From: an uncultured bacterium
GTDB lineage: Bacteria > Lernaellota > Lernaellaia > JACKCT01
Reading direction: 5' to 3'
Assembly (NCBI GenBank): GCA_964586775.1
Contig: CAZPJD010000225.1
Coordinates: 464 to 64,463, forward strand
Length of the DNA: 64,000 nt
Shown: piece by piece, positions 9,831 through 19,398 of the stretch
Numbering within the stretch: position 1 is the stretch's first letter
Layout: each line of letters opens with the position of its first letter
The notes under the pieces: model-generated
Databases searched by the model: none
Seen by the model: only the letters and a program-made list of their open reading frames with translations
Told to the model about the DNA's origin: nothing
Made by a program: the position numbers and the translations under genes

Positions 9831-11189
9831 ATGACGACCGAACTGTCGATCGCCCGCGCGCGTGCCCGCGCCATCTGGCTCATCGCGGCGAGCCTCGCGT
9901 TCTTCGCTTGGATCTCGCCCGCGTTCGCGTTGCTGTTCGCCTTTACGACGCTCGTCGATCGCGCCCTCGCCCGCGCCGCCGCGCGCGAACATTCGCGGTG
10001 GATCGCCGCGGGCGCGAGCGCCCTCATGAACCTCGGCGCGATCCTCGCCTTGCACAACCTGCACCGATTCGCCGACGCCCTCGCGGCATGGCCCTCGCTG
10101 ATGGGCTCGGCGCTCAATGAGGGCGGCACCATCGCGGTGCTGCCGATCGGCTGGTCGCTGCTCTTCGCGCAAAACCTCGCCCATGTTCTGGATGTGGCGC
10201 GCGGGCGCGGGCAACCGACCGAGTGCATCCTCGAGCACGCGCTCGCCGCCGTGTTCTTCCCGCGCATGTGGGCGGGGCCGATGGTCGAACCCGTCGCGTT
10301 TGCCGCGCGAATTCGTCGGCCCGAGCGCCTCACCGGCGAACGCCTCGGCCGCGCGATCTGGCACGGCGCGCTGGGCGCGATCAAGATCGTCGCCGTCGCC
10401 GACTACCTCGCGCTCAACATGGTGGACAAGGTCTTCGATCTGCCCACGCTTTTCTCCACAACCGAGGTGGTTTTCGCGCTGGTCGCGAACGCGCTCGTCA
10501 TCGCCGCGATGTGGTCGGGCGCGTGCGACATCGCCGTCGCCGCCGGACTCGTGCTCGGCTTCGACCTGCCGCAAAGTTTCGCGTCGCCCGCCACGGCGAC
10601 GGGTCCGCGCGACCACTGGCGTCGGTTCCTCGCGCCGCTCACGGCCGCGCTTCGCGAGCACGTTTTCCGCCCGCTCGCGGGCGGGCCGAATGCTTCGCGC
10701 CTGCGCCGTGCACTCGCCGCGTTTGCGCCGCCGCTGCTGGTCGGCTGCGTCGTGGGGCCGAGCGAAACCACGCTCGCCTTCGGCGCGTTTGTCGGCGCGA
10801 CGCTGTTCGTCGCGACGCTCTTCGGACGCAAGACCTCGAACGACAAGCCGGGCATCGGCGCGCGCGCGTTCGGATGGGTTCTCACTTTCCTCGCCATGAC
10901 GGTCGCGTGGACGCTCTGGCGTGCGCACGACCTGCAAACCGTTTCCGATCTCGCGTCGATCCTGCCGCTCGGCATCTACGAAACGCCGAACCTGACCGCA
11001 ACCGTGATCGGCGTTTTTTTCGCGTCCCAGGTGGTCGCGTTCGTGCCCGCGCCATGGGTCGCGAAAACCCGCGATGCATTCGCACGTGCGCCCTGGCCCG
11101 TACAGGTCGCGGCGGGGCTCGCGGTGGCGTGGGCGCTTTGGCGCGTGAACGCGGTGTCGGAAGTGCCCTTCGTCTACGAGCGGATGTGA
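9831..11189 (+). CDS. MBOAT-family membrane-bound O-acyltransferase (AlgI/DltB-like)
   Basis: Polytopic. Conserved MBOAT block FFPRMWAGPMVEP (compare FFPQLVAGPIVR in AlgI/DltB) and a downstream invariant His region. Confidence 0.75.
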   Translation: MTTELSIARARARAIWLIAASLAFFAWISPAFALLFAFTTLVDRALARAAAREHSRWIAAGASALMNLGAILALHNLHRFADALAAWPSLMGSALNEGGTIAVLPIGWSLLFAQNLAHVLDVARGRGQPTECILEHALAAVFFPRMWAGPMVEPVAFAARIRRPERLTGERLGRAIWHGALGAIKIVAVADYLALNMVDKVFDLPTLFSTTEVVFALVANALVIAAMWSGACDIAVAAGLVLGFDLPQSFASPATATGPRDHWRRFLAPLTAALREHVFRPLAGGPNASRLRRALAAFAPPLLVGCVVGPSETTLAFGAFVGATLFVATLFGRKTSNDKPGIGARAFGWVLTFLAMTVAWTLWRAHDLQTVSDLASILPLGIYETPNLTATVIGVFFASQVVAFVPAPWVAKTRDAFARAPWPVQVAAGLAVAWALWRVNAVSEVPFVYERM

Positions 11190-11195
11190 GGATCG

Positions 11196-11696
11196 ATGCC
11201 GTCGTTTTTCGCCGATCACACCGACCTGGGCATCGGACATGCGCTCGTGACGATGGGCGATGACGACGTGGCCGCCGTCGCCGACATCATGATGGCCTCG
11301 GAGCCCTGGGCAAACTACGGCTACGAACGACGAACCATCGAGGACTTTCTGCACGGCACGATCGAGGCGGGCATGGCGCGCGTGGTGACGCCGTCGGGCG
11401 GCGCGCGCGAGGTCGTCGGCGTGGCGACGGTGCAGCCGGGTTTTTTAGGCGGGCGCTATCTGGAGCTGCTCGCGCTGCGCGCCGACCGGCGCGGGCGCGG
11501 CCTTGGGCGGCGCGTGATCGAGGCGATCTGCTACGAAATGCCCGTCCACATGCGCGACCTGTTTGTGCTCGTCGCCGATTCCAACGCGAAGGCCGTCGCG
11601 TTCTATCGTCACCTGGGATTTCGCGACGTGGGCGAGCTTCCCGGCCTCATCCGCCTCGGAAAAACCGAGCGCCTGATCTGGCTGCGGTTTCGATGA
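11196..11696 (+). CDS. GNAT-family N-acetyltransferase
   Basis: Acetyl-CoA-binding motif RRGRGLGRRVIE. 166 aa. Lies 6 nt after the MBOAT gene. Confidence 0.7.
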   Translation: MPSFFADHTDLGIGHALVTMGDDDVAAVADIMMASEPWANYGYERRTIEDFLHGTIEAGMARVVTPSGGAREVVGVATVQPGFLGGRYLELLALRADRRGRGLGRRVIEAICYEMPVHMRDLFVLVADSNAKAVAFYRHLGFRDVGELPGLIRLGKTERLIWLRFR

Positions 11697-11826
11697 CGAT
11701 GCGAATCGCATCGCCATTGGTGCCCGAACTCACCGGATCGTGCTTTCGCGGGCGGTATTTTGACATGCGTCAAGGCGGCGCCCGGAGGGGAGCGGTACCG
11801 TGCGGGCGTGTTCAGGGAGTCCGGCG

Positions 11827-12225
11827 ATGAGCCACGCACAGCACGCACCCACAGATTCCGCAGCGAATTCTCCGAAGTCGCCCATCCTTGTTTCCTACCG
11901 AAAGACGCCGCTCACCGCCCGTGACGAACAAAAGCTCGCGACCGACATCGGTATTCTCAGGGCATTCACGCATGTGTATTGCCAAAAGCTCCACGGCGCG
12001 AAAAAGGACGACCTGTGCCCCGACTGCGCGGCGCTGCTCGAGTACTCGATCGAGCGGCGCACGCGCTGTCCTCTCGACCCCAAGCCCAAGTGCAAGGAAT
12101 GCCCGGTCCACTGCTACAAACCGGCGCTGCGCAAAAAGATGCAGGACGTTATGCGCGTCGCCGGGATGCACTTCGTCTTTCGCGGACGCGTGGACTGGCT
12201 CGTGAAGTACTTCCTCGCCTCGTAA
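11827..12225 (+). CDS. ygbA: Nitrous oxide-stimulated promoter family protein (YgbA-like), Cys-rich
   Basis: Characteristic pattern YCxKxHG...CPxCxxLLxY...RxxCPLxPKPKCKxCPVHCYKP...MRxxG. Start chosen at the internal Met; the alternative is 11800. Confidence 0.7.
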   Translation: MSHAQHAPTDSAANSPKSPILVSYRKTPLTARDEQKLATDIGILRAFTHVYCQKLHGAKKDDLCPDCAALLEYSIERRTRCPLDPKPKCKECPVHCYKPALRKKMQDVMRVAGMHFVFRGRVDWLVKYFLAS

Positions 12226-12323
12226 TCCCCGTCGCATCCCGCCTCCACGCCCCGCCGGTCCTTCTCCCGCCGATTGACGAACGCGGGAGGGGTCATCTAA
12301 TGTGTTACCTATCGGGGGGCGCA

Positions 12324-12599
12324 ATGCGGATCCGGGACTTCGAATGGGACGAAGGCAACGAACTGCATCTCGCTCTCGGGCACGGCATCGAGCCGGAGGA
12401 AGCCGAGGAGGTTCTCGCGTGCTCGCCGCTCGTCCGAAAAACGAAAAGGGGTCACTACGCCGCCTTCGGACGCACCGCCGCCGGTCGCCTGCTGGTGATC
12501 GTGTTCGAATTGCGTGATCGCGGCATCGCGCGGGTCATCACCGGCTGGGATATGACCCGGGCGGAACGACGCTGGTACCAAACCCGCGGAAAGGGCTGA
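12324..12599 (+). CDS. brnT: BrnT-family ribonuclease toxin (DUF497)
   Basis: N-terminal FEWDEGNxxH motif typical of BrnT. About 91 aa. Alternative upstream start at 12300. Followed 3 nt later by brnA. Confidence 0.75.
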   Translation: MRIRDFEWDEGNELHLALGHGIEPEEAEEVLACSPLVRKTKRGHYAAFGRTAAGRLLVIVFELRDRGIARVITGWDMTRAERRWYQTRGKG

Positions 12600-12602
12600 G
12601 CG

Positions 12603-12905
12603 ATGAAGAAATCGACGTCGACGCGCGTCGCCCAGGACGATGCCGCGGCCTACTACGACCGTCACGGCGTGCTCGGCGACGTGATCGATCGTCCCGTGGA
12701 ATTTGCGCTCGATGAGGAACTGCGGGACCAGATTCTCAAAGGCGAACGAAAGCGCCGCTTGAAGAACGTGTCGGTGAAACTCGATGAGGCCCAAATCGTC
12801 GCGCTGCGGAAAATCGCCACGCTCAAGTCGATTCCCTATCAGACGCTGATCCGACTGTGGCTGGCCGAAGGAATCGCGCGCGAACTGCGCATCTCGAGGA
12901 CGTAG
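12603..12905 (+). CDS. brnA: BrnA antitoxin (ribbon-helix-helix/CopG-like)
   Basis: 100 aa. The C-terminal RHH-like region (KRRLKNVSVKLDEAQIVALRKIA) and its position directly after brnT match the BrnT/BrnA type II TA arrangement. Confidence 0.7.
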   Translation: MKKSTSTRVAQDDAAAYYDRHGVLGDVIDRPVEFALDEELRDQILKGERKRRLKNVSVKLDEAQIVALRKIATLKSIPYQTLIRLWLAEGIARELRISRT

Positions 12906-12930
12906 ATCGAAAAGGCGTCGCCCGACCGCC

Positions 12931-14274
12931 CTACGCCGTCAACTCGGCTTTGCGCGCGAAGCGACGCAGCGCCCGGCGGACGAGTTTGTCGATCGAATAC
13001 GCGACGAAGAGCAGCGAATCGCGCAGATCGAAGACGGGATTCGGCAGTTTGAAATAGAACGGCAGCGTGAACATGAGCTGCTTCGCACCGATAGGGCAGC
13101 CGCCGACGCGCCGGATTTTTTTTGCGCGGATGGTCCCCTCGACGCGCGTGCACGTCCCGATCAGAAACGCCACGCCATCGCCCGCGTCCACGTCGCCCTT
13201 GAATACGCCGGTGACGATCGCGCCCTCGCGCGCCTTGGCCACCGAACCGGGTCGCCGCTTGTCGATGGTGCCCAGGCACCCCTTCACCGCGCCCAAACAC
13301 CCGCCGTGGCACAGCCGCCCGCGCACGGGATCGACGCCGGAGTAAAACCGGATCGGCGTGCGCAGCTTCTGGATGTCCTGATACTCGCTCTCGTGCCCGG
13401 CGGTCGCCGCGCGCAGCTCGTCGATCTCCACATCGCCCTCGACGCGAACATCCTCGATCTGCCGCGGCCCGTAGCCGCGCTCCATGGCCTGCATGAGATG
13501 AACGACTTGATGCGGCTCGCGATGCAACAGACGGCAGGCCACCAGATCCATCGCCACGGGATCGTCGGCCACGAGGATCGCGCCCATGGGAATCGGTCGC
13601 GGCGCGGACTCGAACCCCGTGCCGATCGTCACCGCGTCGACGATGATCGCGTCGGGGTAGCCCATCTCCAGCACGTCCACGACTTTTTCGTCCACGCGGT
13701 CGTCGTGATAGAGCATGCGCTCGTCGTGCGTGAGAATCCCGATGTTGAGTTTGAGCGAGCAGGTGACCTGGCAGAAGATGTGGTACTTCAGCTTCGGCAT
13801 CCAGATCATCGTGTCGGCCTCGGCCAATGAGCGCGCGACCTTCATCGACTTGTGATGCATCGCGCGGCGCAGCGGCACGGTGACGGTGGGCTCGGTGTTG
13901 AAGTCCACCACGCGCGCGCCGGCACGCGCGAGTTCGAAGTACCCCGCTTCGGCAAGAAAGAGCCGCGACGGCACTCCGAAACCGCTGGACTCGCCGACGG
14001 TCACGTCGTCCGCGCCGCCCGCGCGCGCCCAGCGAATCGCCTCGGCGACGATTTTGGGATCGGTGAACGAATCGTGGATGTACTTGCGATTCGCGGTGAC
14101 GACGTTGGGTTTGATGAGCACGCGCCCGCGCGGCCGGATGCCCAGATCCGCGAGGCTTTCGTTCACGATGGCGCGCACGCGGTCCGGCTCGGCGGTTTTG
14201 CAACGCCGCACGAGAACGCGGTAGGAGCGCGGTCGCGCCAGCCGTTCGTCGATCTTCGCGCGCAGATCGCTCAA
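12931..14274 (-). CDS. DUF362 domain-containing protein
   Basis: 447 aa. Conserved DUF362-like blocks (IKPNVV, GxxxxDxV). Function unknown. Confidence 0.5.
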   Translation of the reverse strand: MSDLRAKIDERLARPRSYRVLVRRCKTAEPDRVRAIVNESLADLGIRPRGRVLIKPNVVTANRKYIHDSFTDPKIVAEAIRWARAGGADDVTVGESSGFGVPSRLFLAEAGYFELARAGARVVDFNTEPTVTVPLRRAMHHKSMKVARSLAEADTMIWMPKLKYHIFCQVTCSLKLNIGILTHDERMLYHDDRVDEKVVDVLEMGYPDAIIVDAVTIGTGFESAPRPIPMGAILVADDPVAMDLVACRLLHREPHQVVHLMQAMERGYGPRQIEDVRVEGDVEIDELRAATAGHESEYQDIQKLRTPIRFYSGVDPVRGRLCHGGCLGAVKGCLGTIDKRRPGSVAKAREGAIVTGVFKGDVDAGDGVAFLIGTCTRVEGTIRAKKIRRVGGCPIGAKQLMFTLPFYFKLPNPVFDLRDSLLFVAYSIDKLVRRALRRFARKAELTA

Positions 14275-14359
14275 TCCCGACTCCGATGAACGCGATCAGG
14301 ATGCGCCGCCCGCCGCCGCGCGGTCAAGTCGCACGTTTCACAAGGGCGGCGAATGGGCG

Positions 14360-15538
14360 TCACAAATCCTCCGGCGCGGTGCACAGCGAGACGACCCCCG
14401 ATTCGGTGACGAGGCAGGTGTTCTCGATTCCCGCCGGGCCGATCGTGGGCGAGAGCGCCTTGGGCTCGATCGCGATCACCATCCCCGGTTCCACCACGCC
14501 GTCAAAGCCCGGCGCGATGACCGGCCATTCGTCGAGTTCCAGTCCCACGCCGTGGCCGAAGAAACGCACCCGGTTTTCGCCGAAGCCCATGAAGCCCTCG
14601 GGCTCGCCGCGTTCGGCGAAGATGCGCGCGCACGTATCGTAAATGTCGCGAAACGCCGCGCCGGGGACGAGTCGCGACGAGAGCTCGCGCATCGCCGCGC
14701 GGCACCACTCGTGCGCCATGCGAACCTGCGCGCCCGGTTCGCCGACAGCGAAGACGCGGGCGTCGTCGGCGTGATAGCCCAAGTGATTCGTCACCATATC
14801 GACCATCACCGTCTCGCCCTCGCGCAGCGCGCGCCGCCCCGCGCCCGAGGACCACGCGTGCAGCCCCGCCGAGCCCACGGGCCCGTCGAAGCTTGACGGC
14901 GTCGCGGCGGACTCGGCCGCGCTGACGTAAAGGATGTGCAGCCACGATCCCGGTTTGCGCAGTCGCACGTGGCCGTCATGACCAAGACGGCGCACGAGCG
15001 ACTCGACCTCGACCGAGAGGTCGATCTCCGTCACCCCCGGCGCGATCATTTCACGCACGTGCGCAAACGCCGCGTCGGCCTGCGCGGCGGCGGCGCGCAC
15101 GCACGCGATTTCCCATTCGCTTTTCACCGCGCGAAGCCGCTTCGCATCCGCCGAGATGTCGCCTGCCACCGATCCCGCGGGCAGCGCGTCCAGCACGCGC
15201 CGATACATCGCGGCGGGCCACACGTCGAGGCACGCGCCCACGCGCACCGCGCGCCCCGTGGGCGCGACGATCGCGACGATGTCGCGAATCGAGCGCAGCT
15301 CGCGCACGTCGGCGACGGGCGATTCGGCGCGCGCGCGCGAAAACGACTTGCGCGCGAGCAGCACGGCATCGCCCGAGGCGCGCACCACCAGTGTCGCGTC
15401 CTGCGTCGTGCCCGCGAAATATTGCAGGTCGGTCGGGTGCGAGATCAGCGCGGCGTCGAGCCGGCCGTCGATGCGCGCGGCCAGCGCGCGGATGCGCGAT
15501 GCGATCTCGCCGGGCGGCGGCGCGTTCGGAAAGTCCAT
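14360..15538 (-). CDS. M24-family metallopeptidase (Xaa-Pro aminopeptidase/creatinase-like)
   Basis: Pita-bread fold motifs. HGVGLELDE matches the HGxGxxxHE metal-ligand block. 392 aa. Confidence 0.75.
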   Translation of the reverse strand: MDFPNAPPPGEIASRIRALAARIDGRLDAALISHPTDLQYFAGTTQDATLVVRASGDAVLLARKSFSRARAESPVADVRELRSIRDIVAIVAPTGRAVRVGACLDVWPAAMYRRVLDALPAGSVAGDISADAKRLRAVKSEWEIACVRAAAAQADAAFAHVREMIAPGVTEIDLSVEVESLVRRLGHDGHVRLRKPGSWLHILYVSAAESAATPSSFDGPVGSAGLHAWSSGAGRRALREGETVMVDMVTNHLGYHADDARVFAVGEPGAQVRMAHEWCRAAMRELSSRLVPGAAFRDIYDTCARIFAERGEPEGFMGFGENRVRFFGHGVGLELDEWPVIAPGFDGVVEPGMVIAIEPKALSPTIGPAGIENTCLVTESGVVSLCTAPEDL

Positions 15539-15632
15539 GCTCGGCCCCGTTTCTGAATGGCGATTCAGCGACGCCTTGATCGGCGGCGCGCGCGGTGCTA
15601 TTCGAGGTTGTTATTTCGTGTTTGGGACATTC

Positions 15633-15662
15633 GATTCCTGACGGGATCACCTGATTCCTGAC
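15633..15662 (+). promoter_or_regulatory. Direct repeat GATTCCTGAC x2 (20-bp spacing) upstream of the thiolase/fadJ pair; candidate operator
   Basis: Two exact 10-mers at about 15633-15642 and 15653-15662, roughly 70 nt upstream of the 15728 start codon. Confidence 0.3.
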
Positions 15663-15727
15663 AATGCGTCCGTGGCGTTTGGGGAGCAAGGCCCCCGCGC
15701 GGCGGCATGCGTCGAGGAGGCACCATC

Positions 15728-17032
15728 ATGGCGAAAAAATCCGCTCCCGCGAACGGTCGGCGCGTCGCGGTCATCGACGGCGTACGCACGCCGTTTCTGC
15801 GCGCGGGCACCGAGTTCAACGACCTCATGGCCTACGATCTGGGCCGCTACGCGGTCTCGGGGCTGCTGGGCAAGAGCGGCCTCGACCCGAACACCGTCGA
15901 CATGGTGATGATGGGGTGCGTGATCGCCGATCCCGCGACGTCGAACGTCGCGCGCGAGATCGTGCTCGCCACCGATCTGCCCGACCGCGTGCCGGCGTAC
16001 ACGATCAGCGAGGCGTGCATCTCGGCGAATCAGGCGATCTGCAACGCGGTGGATCAGATCGCGCGCGGCTACGGCGACGTGGCGATCGCGGGCGGCACCG
16101 ACATCACGTCGGACGTGCCGATCCGCTACCAAAAGCGCATGCGCCAAAAATTCCTGCGCACGCAAAAGGCCAAGGGCCTGAAGGACTACTACGAGATCTT
16201 CCACGACGTGAAGCCCGCGGATCTCGTGCCCGACCCTCCGGGCATCGCGGACTTTTTCACGGGGCTGTCGATGGGCGGCGCGTGCGACCGCATCTGCGCG
16301 CGGCTCGGCGTCACCCGCGAGGAGCAGGACCAGTTCGCGGCGCGCTCGCACCAGCTCGCGCATCAGGCGGCGGAGTCGGGCCTCTTCGACGACGAGGTCC
16401 TGACCGTCGCGCCGCCGCCGCATTTCAAGCCGGTGACGCGCGACAACGGCGTGCGCGGCGACACCACCTACGAAAAGATGGCGAAGCTGCGGCCCGCCTT
16501 CGACAAGAACTACGGCACGGTGACCGCGGGCAACGCGTCGTTTCTGACCGACGGCGCGGCGGCGGTGCTGCTGATGAGCGAGGAGAAGGCGAAGGACCTG
16601 GGCTACAGGCCCAAGGCGTACATCATCGGCCACGCGTTTCGCGGCACCGATCCGCTCGAGGAGATGCTGCTCGGCCAGACCTACGCCACGCCCATGGCGC
16701 TCGAGCGCGCGGGGATCTCGTTCGAGGATCTGGGCGTGCTCGAGATCCACGAGGCATTCGCCGGGCAGATGGTGGCGACGGTCAAGCTGCTCGAGTCGAA
16801 AGAATTCGGCGAGAGCCTCGGCATGGGCCGCGCGATCGCGAAGAAGGTGAATCCGGACATCCTCAACATCCACGGCGGATCGCTGTCGATCGGGCATCCC
16901 TTCGGCGCGACGGGCGCGCGGCTGATCCACACGTGCGCGAACCGGCTGCAACGCGAAAACAAACGCTACGGGCTCGTGGCCGCGTGCGCCCTGTCGGGCC
17001 TCGGCAACGCCACCGTGCTCGAACGGGCCTGA
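15728..17032 (+). CDS. fadI: Acetyl-CoA C-acyltransferase (3-ketoacyl-CoA thiolase, FadI-like)
   Basis: Thiolase signature regions: active-site Cys region ISEACISANQAI and C-terminal GxxGAR...CxxxG. RBS gaggagg lies 8 nt upstream of the ATG. Confidence 0.85.
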   Translation: MAKKSAPANGRRVAVIDGVRTPFLRAGTEFNDLMAYDLGRYAVSGLLGKSGLDPNTVDMVMMGCVIADPATSNVAREIVLATDLPDRVPAYTISEACISANQAICNAVDQIARGYGDVAIAGGTDITSDVPIRYQKRMRQKFLRTQKAKGLKDYYEIFHDVKPADLVPDPPGIADFFTGLSMGGACDRICARLGVTREEQDQFAARSHQLAHQAAESGLFDDEVLTVAPPPHFKPVTRDNGVRGDTTYEKMAKLRPAFDKNYGTVTAGNASFLTDGAAAVLLMSEEKAKDLGYRPKAYIIGHAFRGTDPLEEMLLGQTYATPMALERAGISFEDLGVLEIHEAFAGQMVATVKLLESKEFGESLGMGRAIAKKVNPDILNIHGGSLSIGHPFGATGARLIHTCANRLQRENKRYGLVAACALSGLGNATVLERA

Positions 17033-17044
17033 GGGGGGACGACC

Positions 17045-19249
17045 ATGGTGTCGAAAAACGCGGTCGCTTCGGCGAAAAACGTGCTGAAGAACGTGCTCAC
17101 GATCGAGCGACGCGACGGCGGCGTCGCCCTCGTCTGGTTCGACGATCCCGACGACGTCGTCAACAAGCTCTCGACCAGGGTGCTTGGTGAGTTCAACGCC
17201 GTGATGGACGAGCTGGAGGCCGACGTGGCCGTCAAGGCCGTGGTGTGGATCTCGCGCAAACCCGACTGCTTCATCGCGGGGGCCGACATCGCGGAGATCC
17301 AGACGTTTTCCACCGCGGCCGACGCCGAGCGCATCAGCCGCACCGGCCATGCTGGTTTTGCGCGTATCGAAAAGAGCAAGAAGATTCACATCGCGTGCGT
17401 GTGCGGCGCGGCGCTGGGCGGCGGCACCGAGTTCGCCCTCGCCTGCCACTACCGCATCGCCGCCGATGCGCCGAAGACGATGTTCGGCCTGCCCGAGGTC
17501 AAGCTCGGTCTGTTGCCCGGCGGCGGCCGCACGCAGCGCCTTCCCCACGTGGTTGGCCTCGAGGCCGCGCTCGACCTGATGCTCACCGGCAAAAACGTCT
17601 TCGCGAAAAAGGCGCTCAAGATGCGCCTGGTGCACGAGGTCGTCTCGCCGTGGGGCCTGCCCGAGACGGCGGTCAAGGCTGCGGCGCGCCTCATCAAGGA
17701 CGGCATCCCGACGGGCAAGACCGACCCCGACTGGAAAGAGAAGATCAAGCAGGACGTCGGCCCCGCGCGCAACCTGATCCTCAAGACCGCGCTCGAAATG
17801 GTCGAACGAAAGACGTACGGCAACTACCCCGCGCCGGGGCACATCATCCGCGCGGTGCGCGCCGGGCTCGAAACGCCGGGCGAAAAGGGCTACGCGGCGG
17901 AGGCGAAGCTCTTTTCCGAGCTCGTCGTCACGCCGCAGTCCCGCCAGCTCGTGAACCTGTTCTTCGCGATGACCTCGAAAAAGAAGAGCGCGCTCGCGGC
18001 CAAGGCCGCGCCGGTGCGTCATCTGGGCGTGCTCGGCGCGGGGCTCATGGGCTCGGGCATCGCGCTCGTGTCGTCGGAGCAGGCCGAGACGCCGGTGTGC
18101 GTGAAGGACATCAGCCCCGACGCGCTCGCGGCAAGCCAGAAGTACGTGTTCCGCGCGATGGACGAAAAATTCCGCAAGCGCGCGATCAACCGCCGCGTGC
18201 GCGACCGGGTGGTCGCGCGGGTACACGGCGTGCTCGATTACGACGCCCTCGGCCGCTGCGATCTCGTCGTCGAAGCCGTCTTCGAGGACATCAAGATCAA
18301 GCACCAGGTGCTGCGCGAGGTCGAGGCCGTCACGCGCCGCGACTGCGTCTTCGCGTCGAACACGTCGGCGCTGCCCATCACGCAGATCGCCGCGGCCTCG
18401 AAGCGGCCCGAAAACGTGCTGGGCATGCACTACTTCTCGCCGGTCGAGAAGATGCCGCTGCTCGAGGTGATCCGCACCGAAAGAACGAGCGAGAGGGCGC
18501 TCGCCACCGCCGTCGCCTTCGGCATGAAACAGGGCAAGACGGTGATCGTCGTTCAGGACGGCCCGGGCTTTTACACCACACGCATCCTCGCGCCTTACAT
18601 GAACGAAACGTGCCTGCTGCTCGCCGAGGGCGCGACGATCCCCGATCTCGACCGCGCCATGCTCGCGTGGGGATTCCCCGTCGGGCCCGCGGCGCTCTTC
18701 GACGAGGTGGGCATCGACGTGGCGGCGCACGTGGCGGGGTTTTTGGGCGAGGCGCTGGCCAAAATCCACGGTCCCACGCCGACCAGCGACGGCATGATCA
18801 AGCTCGCCGCCGCCGGATACAAAGGACGCAAGAACAAGAAGGGCTTCTACCGCTACGACGCCGCGCCCGCGTCGCGCCTGCCGCTGGGGCTGGGCAAAAA
18901 GAAGGGCAAGCTGCCGAACGAGGCCGTGTACGCATTCTTCGGCGATCGGCCGCGCAAGACCGTGAGCGCCGCCGAGATTTCGGACCGGCTCGGCCTGGTG
19001 ATGGTGAACGAGGCGGCGTCGTGCCTGCAGGAAAAGGTGATCGAGACGCCGCAGGACGGCGACCTCGGCGCGATCCTGGGCCTCGGGTTCCCGCCGTTTC
19101 GCGGCGGGCCGTTCCGTTATGTTGACGAGCTCGGCGTGGCGAAGGTGGTGGAAAAACTCGAGCGCCTCGCCGACGCGCACGGTGCGCAGTTCGCGCCCGC
19201 GAAGATTCTGGTCGAATACGCCAAGAAGGGGCGGACGTTTTACAAATAA
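17045..19249 (+). CDS. fadJ: Fatty-acid oxidation complex alpha subunit (enoyl-CoA hydratase/3-hydroxyacyl-CoA dehydrogenase, FadJ-like)
   Basis: 734 aa. N-terminal crotonase fold. Central NAD-binding motif LGVLGAGLMGSGIA. 3-hydroxyacyl-CoA dehydrogenase C-terminus. Immediately downstream of the thiolase. Confidence 0.85.
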   Translation: MVSKNAVASAKNVLKNVLTIERRDGGVALVWFDDPDDVVNKLSTRVLGEFNAVMDELEADVAVKAVVWISRKPDCFIAGADIAEIQTFSTAADAERISRTGHAGFARIEKSKKIHIACVCGAALGGGTEFALACHYRIAADAPKTMFGLPEVKLGLLPGGGRTQRLPHVVGLEAALDLMLTGKNVFAKKALKMRLVHEVVSPWGLPETAVKAAARLIKDGIPTGKTDPDWKEKIKQDVGPARNLILKTALEMVERKTYGNYPAPGHIIRAVRAGLETPGEKGYAAEAKLFSELVVTPQSRQLVNLFFAMTSKKKSALAAKAAPVRHLGVLGAGLMGSGIALVSSEQAETPVCVKDISPDALAASQKYVFRAMDEKFRKRAINRRVRDRVVARVHGVLDYDALGRCDLVVEAVFEDIKIKHQVLREVEAVTRRDCVFASNTSALPITQIAAASKRPENVLGMHYFSPVEKMPLLEVIRTERTSERALATAVAFGMKQGKTVIVVQDGPGFYTTRILAPYMNETCLLLAEGATIPDLDRAMLAWGFPVGPAALFDEVGIDVAAHVAGFLGEALAKIHGPTPTSDGMIKLAAAGYKGRKNKKGFYRYDAAPASRLPLGLGKKKGKLPNEAVYAFFGDRPRKTVSAAEISDRLGLVMVNEAASCLQEKVIETPQDGDLGAILGLGFPPFRGGPFRYVDELGVAKVVEKLERLADAHGAQFAPAKILVEYAKKGRTFYK

Positions 19250-19353
19250 CGCGAACGCACCAGCAAACGCGCTTGCCAACGCGTCCCCGCGTGCGCACCA
19301 TCGGCCCGACGGGAAGCGGGAGCCGGGACTCCCCGCGGGCTGCAAACTCGCCG

Positions 19354-19380
19354 GGAACGCCGGGCAGGCGTTCCGTTCGG
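19354..19380 (+). terminator. Possible terminator hairpin after fadJ
   Basis: GGAACGCC-gggcag-GGCGTTCC stem-loop followed by gttcggttcg. Only moderately T-rich. Confidence 0.3.
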
Positions 19381-19398
19381 TTCGACTCCGAATCCCGT

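Noticed and set aside
8024-10384. 786-aa minus-strand ORF and the 7429..9342 Arg-rich + frame ORF
   Set aside because: They overlap the HExxH/TPR and MBOAT genes in other frames. The Arg/Pro-rich composition is characteristic of off-frame translation of GC-rich coding DNA.
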